Assembly: GCA_965199955.1 (NCBI GenBank)
Contig: CBDATQ010000001.1
Location: forward strand, 2,208,001-2,272,000
DNA from: Spirochaetia bacterium
GTDB taxonomy: Bacteria > Spirochaetota > Spirochaetia > SZUA-6 > Bin103
Direction of reading: 5' to 3'
Length of the DNA: 64,000 bases
Part shown: positions 21,282 to 31,129 of the stretch, piece by piece
How the letters are laid out: each line of letters starts with the position of its first letter
How positions within the stretch are numbered: the first letter of the stretch is position 1
Notes under the pieces: model-generated
What the model was told of the DNA's origin: nothing
Databases searched by the model: none
What the model saw: the letters and a program-made list of their open reading frames with translations, nothing else
Made by a program: the position numbers and the translations under genes

Positions 21282-21315
21282 AGACAAATATATTATTATA
21301 ATAATACATTTGTCT
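21282..21315. promoter_or_regulatory. 34-bp AT-rich palindrome upstream of imuA, probable operator/promoter
   Basis: AGACAAATATATTATTA|TAATAATACATTTGTCT pairs at 16 of 17 positions and has TATAAT at its centre. Confidence 0.75.
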
Positions 21316-21343
21316 ATTATTGGATCGGATGTCGCCGCCGACG

Positions 21344-21982
21344 TCAACCCACGGGCGCCGATCCCTCCAGATAGCGACGCACCTCGATCACCCTGCCCAG
21401 AATCCGTACCTGATCCGGGGCGGGCGTGATGGGATCGAACGCCGGGTTGGCCGGGTGCAGTTCGATCCTGCCAGCCCGCACCTTCAGCCGCTTCACTGTC
21501 GCGTCGTCCTCCACCAGGGCGACGACGATGTCGCCGGAGCGGGCGGCGTCCTGCCGATGCACGATCACCACGTCTCCCGGCAGGATGGCGGCATCGCGCA
21601 TGCTGTCTCCGCGGACCCGCAAGGCGAACAGCTCGCTACGGGCCGAGGACGACTGCACCGCGACGAAACCCTCCGGATCCTCGACCGCCGTGGTGAAGGC
21701 GCCCGCCTGCACGCGGCCCACCAGGGGGATCAGGACGGTGGGGTGGCCGGAGCCGGCCGGCAACCGGTAGCCGCGCGCCTTGCCCGGCTCCTTGTCCAGC
21801 AACCCGTCGCGCACCAGCGCCTCCAGGTGCTCTCGCGCGGACTGCACGGCGCGAAAGCCGAAGTGCTCCTGCACCTCCCGGGTCGTCGGCGGCGAGCCGG
21901 CCAGGATGCGGTCACGCACGAACAGGAAGATGCGGCGCCTGCGTCCGGAGGATCGTGACCGCGGCCGATCGGCGTCGAGCAT
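21344..21982 (-). CDS. lexA: SOS repressor LexA
   Basis: PPTTREV HTH region, VQAG cleavage site, VRGDSM catalytic Ser and ATVKRL catalytic Lys. Confidence 0.95.
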   Translation of the reverse strand: MLDADRPRSRSSGRRRRIFLFVRDRILAGSPPTTREVQEHFGFRAVQSAREHLEALVRDGLLDKEPGKARGYRLPAGSGHPTVLIPLVGRVQAGAFTTAVEDPEGFVAVQSSSARSELFALRVRGDSMRDAAILPGDVVIVHRQDAARSGDIVVALVEDDATVKRLKVRAGRIELHPANPAFDPITPAPDQVRILGRVIEVRRYLEGSAPVG

Positions 21983-21992
21983 GATTGTCGAA

Positions 21993-22020
21993 TTGACAGA
22001 CATACGTCTTTTCTTGTCAA
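21993..22020. promoter_or_regulatory. lexA promoter region with putative operator AGAC-ATAC-GTCT
   Basis: TTGACA occurs on both strands (21993-21998 plus, 22020-22015 minus), flanking a perfect AGAC-N4-GTCT dyad at 21998-22009. Confidence 0.7.
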
Positions 22021-22104
22021 CATCCGTTCGCATGGATTTCGTACGAGTCGATCGCCGGCCGGGTGCGCTGCGTGCGGTATCGAGTGCGGGGTACGATTGA
22101 ATCG

Positions 22105-23035
22105 ATGGTCAGGCGCAGGCTGCCGATCGGCATGCAGACGTTCCGCGATCTGCGGGAGCTGGACTGCTACTACGTGGACAAGACGGCGTACATCCAACGA
22201 CTGTTGCACGCTGGTAAGCACTACTTCCTGTCGCGGCCGCGGCGGTTCGGCAAGAGCCTGATCCTGGACACGCTGAAGGAGGTGTTCGAGGGCAATCAGG
22301 CGCTGTTCTCGGAGCTGAACAACCTCACCCTCGATCGGCGCTATTCGGCGATCTGCGGCTACACCGAGGGGGATCTGGATGCGGTGTTCGCGCCGGAACT
22401 GGCCGGCCTGGACCGGGAGCGGGTCCGCGACTGGTACAATGCTACCGCTGGCGCGGCGCGGACAAGGTGTACAACCCCTACGACGTGCTGTTGCTGTTCG
22501 ACAGCCGCGAGTTCAAGGCGCACTGGTTCGAGACCGGGACGCCCGCGTTTCTGGTGGACACCCTGCTCGAGCGCCAGATCGCCTCCGTGTCGCTGAACGA
22601 AATGATGAGCACGGAGGACCTGCTGTCGGCGTTCGACGTCGAACGCATCGGCACCGAGGCGCTACTGTTCCAGACCGGCTACTGACGATCACGGGCGAGG
22701 AGGAGCTGGGCGGCATGCCGCACCTCCCGGCTGGGCTATCCCAACCGGGAGGTGCGGCAAAGCCTGAACCGCGTTCTGTTGCGCCATCTGGTGCAGGTGG
22801 TGGAGGAGTCCAGCAGCCACGGGCGGCTGGACATGACGGTGCGGACCGGGGGCACGTGTACCTGTTCGAATTCAAGGTGGTGGAGCTGTCGGCGCCGGGA
22901 TCGGCGCTGGCTCAGTTGCAGGAGCGGGACTACGCGGCCAAGTACCTCGGCCGGGGCGAGCCGATCCACCTGATCGGGGTGGAGTTCAGCCACCAGACGC
23001 GCAACGTGACCGCGTTCGAGGTGGCCGACGGCTGA
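22105..23035 (+). pseudogene. AAA-ATPase-like/PD-(D/E)XK nuclease protein, collapsed and frameshifted
   Basis: LPIGMQTF, YYVDKT, SRPRRFGKSL, YNPY, WFETGTP, LLFQTGY, YPNREV, GRLD and FEFK motifs are spread over three frames with large gaps. Confidence 0.9.
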
Positions 23036-23053
23036 CGGGCCTCGTCCGGCGCC

Positions 23054-24049
23054 TCACTGGGCATCGGCAGCTTCTGACGCGTCCGGCAGGTCGACCAGCG
23101 GTGCTGCCACCAGAAGGTCGGGGTCGACGGCCACGCTGGCGGCGCGCACCTCCCAGTGCAGGTGCGGTCCCGTGGCCAGACCGGTGCTGCCGACGGTGCC
23201 GATCGGGTCTCCGGCGAACACGCGCTGGCCTTCCCGCACCGCAAGGTCGTCCAGGTGGTAGTACAGCGAGTAGACCCCGGGCAGATGCTCGATCACGACC
23301 GTGAACCCGGTGACGATCCGTTCGCGGGCCATCGCCACCGTGCCGCCGCCGGCGGCGGCCACCACCGTGCCGGTCGGAACACCGAAGTCCACGCCGTTGT
23401 GGATGGTGGTGGCGGTGTTGCCGTCGGCATAGCGGTAGAGCCTGCGGTCACCGAAGCCGCCCGTGCGCCGCACGTCGCCCAGCGGCAGCCGCAACGGCCC
23501 GTAGTGCGGCCATTCGACCGGCCGCGACGCGTTCAGGAGCAGCCAGAGATCCCACGACTCCGCCTTGCGGCGCGGGTCGGTCGTGCGCCGCAGGTTGGAG
23601 AGACTGGTGTTCAGCGCGATCTCCTCGACCGCGAACTCGCGCTCGTCGATGATGATCGACTGCTCGTGCAGTACGCGCGCAGCCTCCTCCGGGGCGCTGC
23701 CGGTGAATCGCCCGGAGACCGTCAGGCGCGCCGAGCCCGAGGGCGCGGTGCTGGGGATCCCGAGCACCGCCGCCCAGGTCGTTCCGGCCAGTCCCCGGCG
23801 AACCGCGAACCCGTGACCGACGACCCGTTCTCCGTCCTCCAACTCCACCGCGAGCTCAAGCTCGACAAGCGGCGCGGCGCTCGTCACGTGGGTGCTCAGC
23901 GGATCACCCGGGGCCAGCGTGTCCGGCGCATGAAGCACTTCGACGGGAAGCGCCGGCGCCGAGCCCGACTGCGCGGCAAGCGACGCGGCAACCGCGACCA
24001 CGCCGGCGGCCGCTGCCAGCGTCCTCCAACGGTGGCGCACGCGTACCAT
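23054..24049 (-). CDS. M23-family metallopeptidase
   Basis: Signal peptide, HNGVDF, YYHL and TGPHLHWEV motifs. Confidence 0.92.
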   Translation of the reverse strand: MVRVRHRWRTLAAAAGVVAVAASLAAQSGSAPALPVEVLHAPDTLAPGDPLSTHVTSAAPLVELELAVELEDGERVVGHGFAVRRGLAGTTWAAVLGIPSTAPSGSARLTVSGRFTGSAPEEAARVLHEQSIIIDEREFAVEEIALNTSLSNLRRTTDPRRKAESWDLWLLLNASRPVEWPHYGPLRLPLGDVRRTGGFGDRRLYRYADGNTATTIHNGVDFGVPTGTVVAAAGGGTVAMARERIVTGFTVVIEHLPGVYSLYYHLDDLAVREGQRVFAGDPIGTVGSTGLATGPHLHWEVRAASVAVDPDLLVAAPLVDLPDASEAADAQ

Positions 24050-24369
24050 GGCTGCCGATGGGCGCTCGATCAGCCGGGCGCTACCGCTGGGGGCGGGGAG
24101 CGGTTAGGTCGCGCCACCGCAGGGGCGGGGGAGCGGCCGAGCCCTTGATGAACGACCGGAAGTTGACGAGCGCTGCGGTTGCCCACGCGACTCCCGCAAG
24201 GAAGGAGCCGGCTATGGAGCATGATAGGGAACCGGTCCACAAGACGGTGAGGGCGATCATCGCCCCGCTACCGACCCCGAAGTTCGTCCCCGCCAGCAGG
24301 CTGGCCAAGGCCGCCGCGGCGACCGACCATGTCTTCGCGCTCGGGACATCAGAGTGTCCCGAGCGTACC

Positions 24370-25836
24370 TCAGATCGGGTCGATGGGGTACACCGGGCGG
24401 CCCAGGTTGCGGTAGCGGATATGCGTTGGGTCGTGGACGCTCGGCTCGTTCACGGTGCGGATGACGCCCGCGAACGGCTCGAAGTGGGCGCGGAAGTGGC
24501 CGGTCGACTTCAGGCCGATGTAGCGCATCCGCCGCGGCTGGAGTCCCAGGCTGCGGGCTAGCGCCGAGTCGAACGGCTGGTCGCGGTAGGTGACGATGAT
24601 CACGTGCACACCTTCGCTGCGCACGTGCGCGGACGGCCCGAGGGTGGTGGAGAGGCCGGCGAGCATGGGGCCGTCGTAGGTGTAGGCGCCGTCGGAGACG
24701 GCCACCACCTGCCATTCCGCTTCCACCGGCTCGCCCTGCGCGGGATCGGACTTGCCGCCCAGGGCCATGCGCAGCGTGGCTCCCGCTCCGGCGCGATGGC
24801 ACGTTCGGGCCGCCGCCGGGTCGACGATGTAGAGCACGCAGGCATCTTCCAGCGAGCGCTCGATGAAGGTTCGGAGCATGCCGGTGCTGTCGCCGGGCGA
24901 GCCGCCGCCGCAGTTGTCGTTGCTGTCGGCTATCACGATCGGGTGGGGGCCGGTGCCGCCGATCTCGTCCAGCACCGCCGCGGTCGTGGGGACGGCCATC
25001 TGCCAGTCGGCGCGCCGCGCGAAGATCCACTCCGCCAGCTCGTCGGCGCTGCGCTGCGCCAGGGCTTGGTCGCCGTCGGTGATCACGGTGACCGAGGAGC
25101 CCACGTGGGGAGCGTCGGCGAGCGGAAAGCAGGTGGAGATCGACGCGTACAGGATGCCGGGGCGCCCCTCGATCTCGTGCAGGCGCTCGATCACCTGCCT
25201 CATCGGCGGATGCGCGGTGATCTGGTTCTTGCCCCAGATCATTGGCAGCGGCGCCAGCGCCATGGCCGGCCGCACGCCGTCGCGCAGCACCTGCGCCATC
25301 AGGTCGGCGCACTCGCGGCCGCGCTCGGCCTGGTCGATCTCCGGATAGGTCTCGCGCACGATGATGCCGTCGGCGAGCTCGACCATCTCCGCCGAGACGT
25401 TCGAGTGGATGTCGAGCTGGACGACGATCGGCAGCGCGCCGACCGCCCGCCGGACGGCGCGCAGGATGGCGCCGTCGGCATCGTCCTCGCCCTCCGCGAT
25501 CATGGAGCCGTGCAGTTCCAGCAGCACGCCCTGGATGCTGCCGGCGGCGGTGATCCGTTCGACCAGGTCGTCCACCACACGCGCGAAGTCGGCGGCCGGC
25601 AGCGGCCCGCCGGGATGCGCCTCCCAGTAGATCGTGGGGACCAGTTCGAAGCCGTGATGCTCGCCGCCCTCGATGAAGCCGCCGATCGGGGTGTTGCTGC
25701 CGCGGAAGTCCGTGAAGAGGTCATCGCCTCGTACGTACCCGAACCGCTCCTCGGCGCTCGCCAGCGTGGTCGGCACCGGGCTGAAGGCGCTCGTCTCGTG
25801 TGCGATGCAGCCGAAGACGATCCGTTCGCCGGCCAT
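24370..25836 (-). CDS. M81-family metallopeptidase (MlrC-like)
   Basis: HETSAFS, LHGSM, LDIHSN, TYPEID, DNCGGG and KSTGHFRA motifs. Confidence 0.92.
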   Translation of the reverse strand: MAGERIVFGCIAHETSAFSPVPTTLASAEERFGYVRGDDLFTDFRGSNTPIGGFIEGGEHHGFELVPTIYWEAHPGGPLPAADFARVVDDLVERITAAGSIQGVLLELHGSMIAEGEDDADGAILRAVRRAVGALPIVVQLDIHSNVSAEMVELADGIIVRETYPEIDQAERGRECADLMAQVLRDGVRPAMALAPLPMIWGKNQITAHPPMRQVIERLHEIEGRPGILYASISTCFPLADAPHVGSSVTVITDGDQALAQRSADELAEWIFARRADWQMAVPTTAAVLDEIGGTGPHPIVIADSNDNCGGGSPGDSTGMLRTFIERSLEDACVLYIVDPAAARTCHRAGAGATLRMALGGKSDPAQGEPVEAEWQVVAVSDGAYTYDGPMLAGLSTTLGPSAHVRSEGVHVIIVTYRDQPFDSALARSLGLQPRRMRYIGLKSTGHFRAHFEPFAGVIRTVNEPSVHDPTHIRYRNLGRPVYPIDPI

Positions 25837-25837
25837 G

Positions 25838-27205
25838 TCAGCTCACCGCCACCGGCGCCGCCGCACCGCCCGGCCGCGCCCGCAGACCCTCGGCGACCCG
25901 GGTCAGGATCGCGACTGCCGCCACGATGCCGGCGGAGGCGATGGCGAACACGACGCCGTAGGCGACCGCCGGCGAGCTGCCGAGCACCAGGCCCACGTCG
26001 CGGATCAGTCCTCCGGCGCTGATGCCGACGCCGCGAAACACCACCTGAGCGATCGTCCACAGGCCGAGCTCCGCGCCGGCCTGCTGGTCCGTGGTCATTG
26101 CCGCCATCAAGGAAAGCCCTCCGAAGGTATACACGCCGAAGCCGGCACCATAGGCGATGAGCGCGGTAATGACCAGCACGCTCATGCGCGCGAACGCTGC
26201 CGCCGCCAGCAGCGCCATGCCGGCCGCCATGAAGCACAGTCCGGCGCCGGCGATGCCGCCCTGCCGCTCCGGGGGACGGTTGCGCCACAGCGCCATGCTA
26301 GCCACCAGCGTCAGCAGCGTGGGCGCCAGCCACACCGTGTTGAGGCGCGTGGTCTGCCCCAGGCTGAGCTCCAGCACCTCCGCCCCGAACGGTTCGAGCA
26401 CCGCCTCCTGCAGCCACGCGGCCACGGCGGCCACCGACAGGAACAGGAAGAAGCGGATCTTGCTCCGGTCGCCGAGCAACATGCGCAGGCGCTCCCGGAG
26501 CGGCCGGTCGTGCGGCTGCACGGGCTCGCCCGCGGCGCGCAACTCCGCCTGCACGCGGCGTTCGACGCCGGCGATCGACACCAGCCAGAACAGGCCGCCG
26601 ACGCCGGTGGTGAGTGCCACCATGCGCCAGAACAGGCGCAGCTCGTAGTGCTCCATCAGCAGGCCGAAGCCCAGCGCCGCCAGCGGAAAGCAGGCGATCA
26701 GCACCGTCTCCACGATCGCGATGGCCATGCCCTGCTTCTCCTCGGGAGCAGAGTGTCGCACCAGCGCCAGGAAGGGACTTCCGGAGATCAGGCCGCCGAC
26801 CCCGTAGGAGAGAAATCCGGCGATCACGATCAGCCAGCCGACCAGCGCCTGGCCTCTGCCGAACCATGCCAGGCTGACGCCGATCAGCCCCAGGCCGATC
26901 ATCATCAGCGCGCGGCCGGCCCAGATGAAGCGGGTGCGGCCGTACGGCGCGGCCGCGGAGATGTCGCTGCGCGCGCCGGCCCAGAGGCTCAACGGCGACA
27001 GCAGGTAGCGCAGGCCGAGCAGCAGCGCCACCGGCCACGCCATGAAGCCGAAGTGGCTGATCAGGACGCGGTTGAGCACGCTGGAAACCAGCACGTCGCT
27101 CATCGCCGAGCCGATGTGAAAGGTGCCGAGCCGCAGCGTGCGCGCGGTGCGGAACCGCCGTTCCGCGGCCGGTGGGCTGCTATCGTTCATCGGCGCCGCC
27201 GCCAT
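25838..27205 (-). CDS. BCD/PucC-family MFS transporter
   Basis: LNRVLI, WAGARSD...GRTRFIWAG, QEAVLEPFG and LGLW motifs, with about 12 hydrophobic segments. Confidence 0.8.
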   Translation of the reverse strand: MAAAPMNDSSPPAAERRFRTARTLRLGTFHIGSAMSDVLVSSVLNRVLISHFGFMAWPVALLLGLRYLLSPLSLWAGARSDISAAAPYGRTRFIWAGRALMMIGLGLIGVSLAWFGRGQALVGWLIVIAGFLSYGVGGLISGSPFLALVRHSAPEEKQGMAIAIVETVLIACFPLAALGFGLLMEHYELRLFWRMVALTTGVGGLFWLVSIAGVERRVQAELRAAGEPVQPHDRPLRERLRMLLGDRSKIRFFLFLSVAAVAAWLQEAVLEPFGAEVLELSLGQTTRLNTVWLAPTLLTLVASMALWRNRPPERQGGIAGAGLCFMAAGMALLAAAAFARMSVLVITALIAYGAGFGVYTFGGLSLMAAMTTDQQAGAELGLWTIAQVVFRGVGISAGGLIRDVGLVLGSSPAVAYGVVFAIASAGIVAAVAILTRVAEGLRARPGGAAAPVAVS

Positions 27206-28628
27206 CGCCGTCGCCGCGGGACATCCGATCGACCAGCTCCGCGGCCGGAGCGATCAGCAGATCGCCGGCAGGCTCCCGGTACTGGGTCAGGTACCGGGTG
27301 TGGCGGTAGAAGGCGCTCATGTACTCGTTTCCGGCCAGGTCGCGTGCGCCGGGAATATACGCCCATCTCGCCGTTCCGGGGTCATCCGGCCACGCCGCGC
27401 CGCAACAGCAGGCGAACATGAACCGGGTCGAAGCCGTGTGCTCGCGTACCGACAGCCCGATGCTGCCGAACACCTCGGCCCAGGTCGCGACGAGCGCGAA
27501 GCCGCCGACCCCGTGACCGTGGAGGCGGAGATCGACATGCGTCCGGATCGGGGCATCGGATTCGCGCGCCCGCCCGGCCCACGCGACCCAGTCCTCGATG
27601 CGCCGCAGGTACGCCTCCCGGAACTCGAGCGAGGTGTCGTCGGGCAGGTTGTAGCCCAGCCCGGTCCGCGTCGCCTGCAGGTCGGCTTCCTGCACGGCGG
27701 CGAAGAATCGATCCAGCTCGGCCCGTGCGGCGGCCAACTCTTCCGGCCCGGGCAATTCCCGCAACGGCAGGCGCACGGTCACGGCACCGGTCGTGAGCGT
27801 GCGGCCGGGCAGGGGACGTGCGGCGTCGACCAGCTCCTTCAGGCACGAACCGAGCAGGCGCCCCTCGGTCCGCGCCACCTCGTCGCCGGCGAACATGTGC
27901 TTGAGAGCGACGTCGGCCTTGGCGCCCTGCAGGTAGAGCACCGGGAACTCCAGTGCGATCGCGTCCGCCAGGGCCATGCAGGCGTAGCCGTTCACGTCCG
28001 GGCTGATGACCGGGTCGGTCAGGGAGGTGGCGATGCAGGGGTCGCCCGCGTACTGGACCACCGCCGCCATCGGGCGCCCGTCGGCGCAGCGGTCCACGCG
28101 CAGAACGGCCAGGCGCGGATCGATCAGTCCCACCGGCTGCGGCCGGGCGACGCGATCGGGCTCGCGCCGGAAGAACGTGGTGCCGTCGGCGGCGACCCCC
28201 TTGCGGTTGTACTGCAGCCGCGGCCAGCTCCCCTCCGCGAACGCGACACGGGCGGGCGCCAGGTCCGCGGCGGACGCGGCGGCGGCGGCCGCGATCCCGT
28301 CGAGCAAGCGATCGTGTTGCAGCCCGCGCGCAACGTCCGGGAACGGCACGGGCGTGGAGAGGTTGCGGGTGCAGGCGATCACGAGCGCGTCCGGGGCGAT
28401 GCCGGCGGCCGTCCGCACCGCGTCGGCGATGGCCTCCTGCAGCTCTACGGTGACGTAGCAGACGTTGAGGCTGAGCCACGCGACCCGCTGCGCCCGGTCC
28501 TCCAGCAGCAGCAACGCCCCCCGCAGCGGGCCCAGGACGGCGGCAGCGCCGCGCTCCAGCGGATCCGGGACCGGGACGCCGGTAGACGGCGTGAAGTCGA
28601 TCGGCCGCGCAGCGGCGTGCAGGGACAT
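27180..28628 (-). CDS. Hypothetical protein, neutral ceramidase-like hydrolase fold
   Basis: IDFTP, YNR, IDP.L.VLRVD and ISPD..G..LQGA pattern. The usual HxH metal site reads TRNLS. Confidence 0.6.
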   Translation of the reverse strand: MSLHAAARPIDFTPSTGVPVPDPLERGAAAVLGPLRGALLLLEDRAQRVAWLSLNVCYVTVELQEAIADAVRTAAGIAPDALVIACTRNLSTPVPFPDVARGLQHDRLLDGIAAAAAASAADLAPARVAFAEGSWPRLQYNRKGVAADGTTFFRREPDRVARPQPVGLIDPRLAVLRVDRCADGRPMAAVVQYAGDPCIATSLTDPVISPDVNGYACMALADAIALEFPVLYLQGAKADVALKHMFAGDEVARTEGRLLGSCLKELVDAARPLPGRTLTTGAVTVRLPLRELPGPEELAAARAELDRFFAAVQEADLQATRTGLGYNLPDDTSLEFREAYLRRIEDWVAWAGRARESDAPIRTHVDLRLHGHGVGGFALVATWAEVFGSIGLSVREHTASTRFMFACCCGAAWPDDPGTARWAYIPGARDLAGNEYMSAFYRHTRYLTQYREPAGDLLIAPAAELVDRMSRGDGDGGGADER

Positions 28629-28730
28629 CGCCCGCGAGTGTACGCGCCGGGGGTCCGGTCTCCAAGGCCGCGGGACATACAGCCGTGCCGGTGGTGGGCA
28701 TGCAGCCGCGGCGCCGGTAATATCCGCGCC

Positions 28731-29590
28731 GTGGCCAGACTCACCATCGCGACCTGCCAGTTCGTGATCGAACCCGCCGTGGAGCCGAACCGGTCTGCGG
28801 TCGAACGGCTGATGCGATCGGCACGGCGGCGCGGAGCGCGGCTCGTGCACTTCTCGGAAGCATGCGTCTCCGGGTACCTCGGAGTGGAAGTCGACAGCGG
28901 CGACGGGCTCGACTGGGACGCGGTGCGGGGCGCCATGGAGTCGATCGCGCGGCTGGCGGCCGAGCTGGAGCTGTGGGTGGTGATCGGCTGCAACCACCGC
29001 CTCACCGGCTCCCACCGGCCGCACAACTCGCTGTACGTGATCGATCCGTCGGGGAGGATCGTGGACCGCTACGACAAGATGTTCTGCACCGGATCGACTG
29101 CGGCGACCAGGACCTCAAGCACTACAGCCCGGGCAGCGCCTTCACGACCTTCGACGTGGACGGCGTGCGCTGCGGACTGCTGATCTGCCACGACTACCGG
29201 TATCCGGAGCTGTTCCGGGAGTACAAGCGGCGCGGCGTGGAGCTGATGCTGGTGTCGTTCCACAACGCCGGCATGACGGCCGACCGCGACGCCCACTACC
29301 TGATGTCGGTGCCGGTCACCCTGCAGGCGGCGGCGGCCAGCAACTTCTTCGCGGTCAGCGCGACCAACAGCGCGCGCCGCTACGCGTGGCCGAGCTTCGT
29401 GGTCAACCAGGAGGGGTGGGTGATCGACCGCGCACCGCGGCATCGCCCCGCGGCGCTGGTCAACACGATCGACGCCGAGGCGAACCTGTACGACGCGAGC
29501 GTGTCATGGCGGGATCGCTGCCTGGCCGGCACCTACCATTCGGGCGACCTGGTCAGCGACCCGCGGAGCGCCGTCCGCACCGAGCTTTAG
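28731..29590 (+). pseudogene. Carbon-nitrogen hydrolase with a single frameshift near 29092
   Basis: FSEAC and YDKMFCT lie in one frame and GLLICHDYRYPE in the next. All of the Glu-Lys-Cys triad is present, so a sequencing error is possible. Confidence 0.85.
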
Positions 29591-29594
29591 TCGC

Positions 29595-30581
29595 TCAGTC
29601 CCAAGTGGACATCTCGGCGTGCAGCTCAACGGGGAGCCCCTCGTGGTACGCGCGCAGGGCATTGTCCAGGTGGGCGGTCGTGCGCGCGCCGAACAGCGTG
29701 CTGCCGACCGCGCGATTGGCGACCACCCAGGCGGCGGCCAGGTAGACCATCGACTCGCCCAGTTCCGCCGCTTTCGCGCGGAGCTTCTCCACAACGCGGA
29801 AGTTCCGTTCGGAAAAATACACGTCGCAGTGCCCGGGAATCACGTGGAAGCGGGTGCGCTCGGGCAGGGCATCACGGTCGGCCGTGTACTTGCCGGCCAG
29901 GAACCCCGCGCCGAGCGGGCTGTACGCCAGGAAGGTGACGTCCTCGTCGGCGCACACGGCCATGCTGTCCCGCTCCTCTTCTGGGCGGGCCAGGTTGTAG
30001 ATGTTCTCCACGATCTCCATGCGCGCGTAGCCGTTGGCGGCGCTGATCGCCAGCGCATCGCGGAGCTGTGCGCCGGTGAAGTTGCTGCAGCCCAGCGCCT
30101 GCGCGCGGCCGTCCGTCACGGCCCGGTCGAGCGCGTCCATCGTCTCGTCCAGCGGGACCTCGTCGTCGTAGTTGTGCACCATGTAGATCGGTGCCGAGTC
30201 GAGCTGCAGCCGCTCCAGGCTGGCGTTGAGGGCGCGTTCGATGTTGTCGGGGGAGTTGCCGCTCGACACCTTGGTGAGCACGGTCACCTGGTCGGACACG
30301 CCCCGATCGCGCATCCAGGTGCCGATCATGCGCTCCGAGCTCGATACCTCGCCGGTCGTCTCGCGCACGTCCTGCACGCCCATCACGTCGCGCCGGTACA
30401 GCCGTGCGTTGCCGCCGCCGTACGCCTCCGCGGTGTCCAGCAGGGTCAGGCCGTGCTCCACGGCATAGTCCAGGATCCGCCGTGTTTCCTCTTCGTCGAT
30501 CTCCCGGCCGAACGTCGTCGTCCCCAGCGCGATGCGGCTGATCGTCCGTCCCGTCCGCCCGAGTGGTGCCTGTTCCATCAT
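29595..30581 (-). CDS. Aldo/keto reductase
   Basis: LGRTG, DTAEAYG, SLERLQ and YSPLGAGFLAGKY motifs. Confidence 0.92.
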   Translation of the reverse strand: MMEQAPLGRTGRTISRIALGTTTFGREIDEEETRRILDYAVEHGLTLLDTAEAYGGGNARLYRRDVMGVQDVRETTGEVSSSERMIGTWMRDRGVSDQVTVLTKVSSGNSPDNIERALNASLERLQLDSAPIYMVHNYDDEVPLDETMDALDRAVTDGRAQALGCSNFTGAQLRDALAISAANGYARMEIVENIYNLARPEEERDSMAVCADEDVTFLAYSPLGAGFLAGKYTADRDALPERTRFHVIPGHCDVYFSERNFRVVEKLRAKAAELGESMVYLAAAWVVANRAVGSTLFGARTTAHLDNALRAYHEGLPVELHAEMSTWD

Positions 30582-30604
30582 TTCGCTCCGCGGTGCAGGG
30601 TAAC

Positions 30605-30985
30605 ATGAGTTCAATGCGGTGGGTGAGTGTGTCGCTGTACGCAGCCGCGCTGGTCGTGGCCACGCTGGTGCCGTGGAGTCACCCCGGCCGCACCGTCCCG
30701 CGCATCGACATGGCGCTGCATTTCGTGGCCTGGACGGTGCTGGCGTTCCTGACCGCGATCGCGTGGGCGAAGTCCCGCGCGCCGATCGGAGCGGCTGCGC
30801 TGGCTGCGCTGGCCGCCGTCTGCTTCGGGGCCTTGATCGAAGTGCTGCAGCCGCTCACCGGACGGACGGCGGAGTTGCACGACCTGGCCGCCGACGCCCT
30901 CGGCGCCGTCATAGGCTCCGCCGCCGCCGCGATCGCCGTGTGGAGCGTCCAGCGGATCGCAAAGCGCACGGGCGATCCCCGATAG
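30605..30985 (+). CDS. VanZ-family membrane protein
   Basis: D..LHFVAW and IEVLQPLTGRTAELHDLAADALG motifs. Confidence 0.85.
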   Translation: MSSMRWVSVSLYAAALVVATLVPWSHPGRTVPRIDMALHFVAWTVLAFLTAIAWAKSRAPIGAAALAALAAVCFGALIEVLQPLTGRTAELHDLAADALGAVIGSAAAAIAVWSVQRIAKRTGDPR

Positions 30986-31028
30986 AGTCGCGCGACTGCC
31001 CGGAACGAGCGTTCTATCGAGATTTCCG

Positions 31029-31066
31029 GCATGGCGTTGCCATGCACGACAAACTCGTCCTACACT
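31029..31066 (+). promoter_or_regulatory. Putative sigma70 promoter of the histone gene, with a dyad over the -35 box
   Basis: TTGCCA (31037-42), 18-nt spacer, TACACT (31061-66). Inverted repeat GCATGGC-GTT-GCCATGC at 31029-45. Confidence 0.5.
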
Positions 31067-31129
31067 CGTGTGGATCGCGGGGCCCAAGACCGGGTAAACC
31101 GCAGCTCAGATACCCAGAGGGGGTTGCTC

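Noticed and set aside
24214..24370. Short ORF with a good ribosome-binding site (MEHDREPVHKTVRAII...)
   Set aside because: It has no recognisable domain and runs antisense into the M81 peptidase gene. It may be a remnant, but I cannot support a call.
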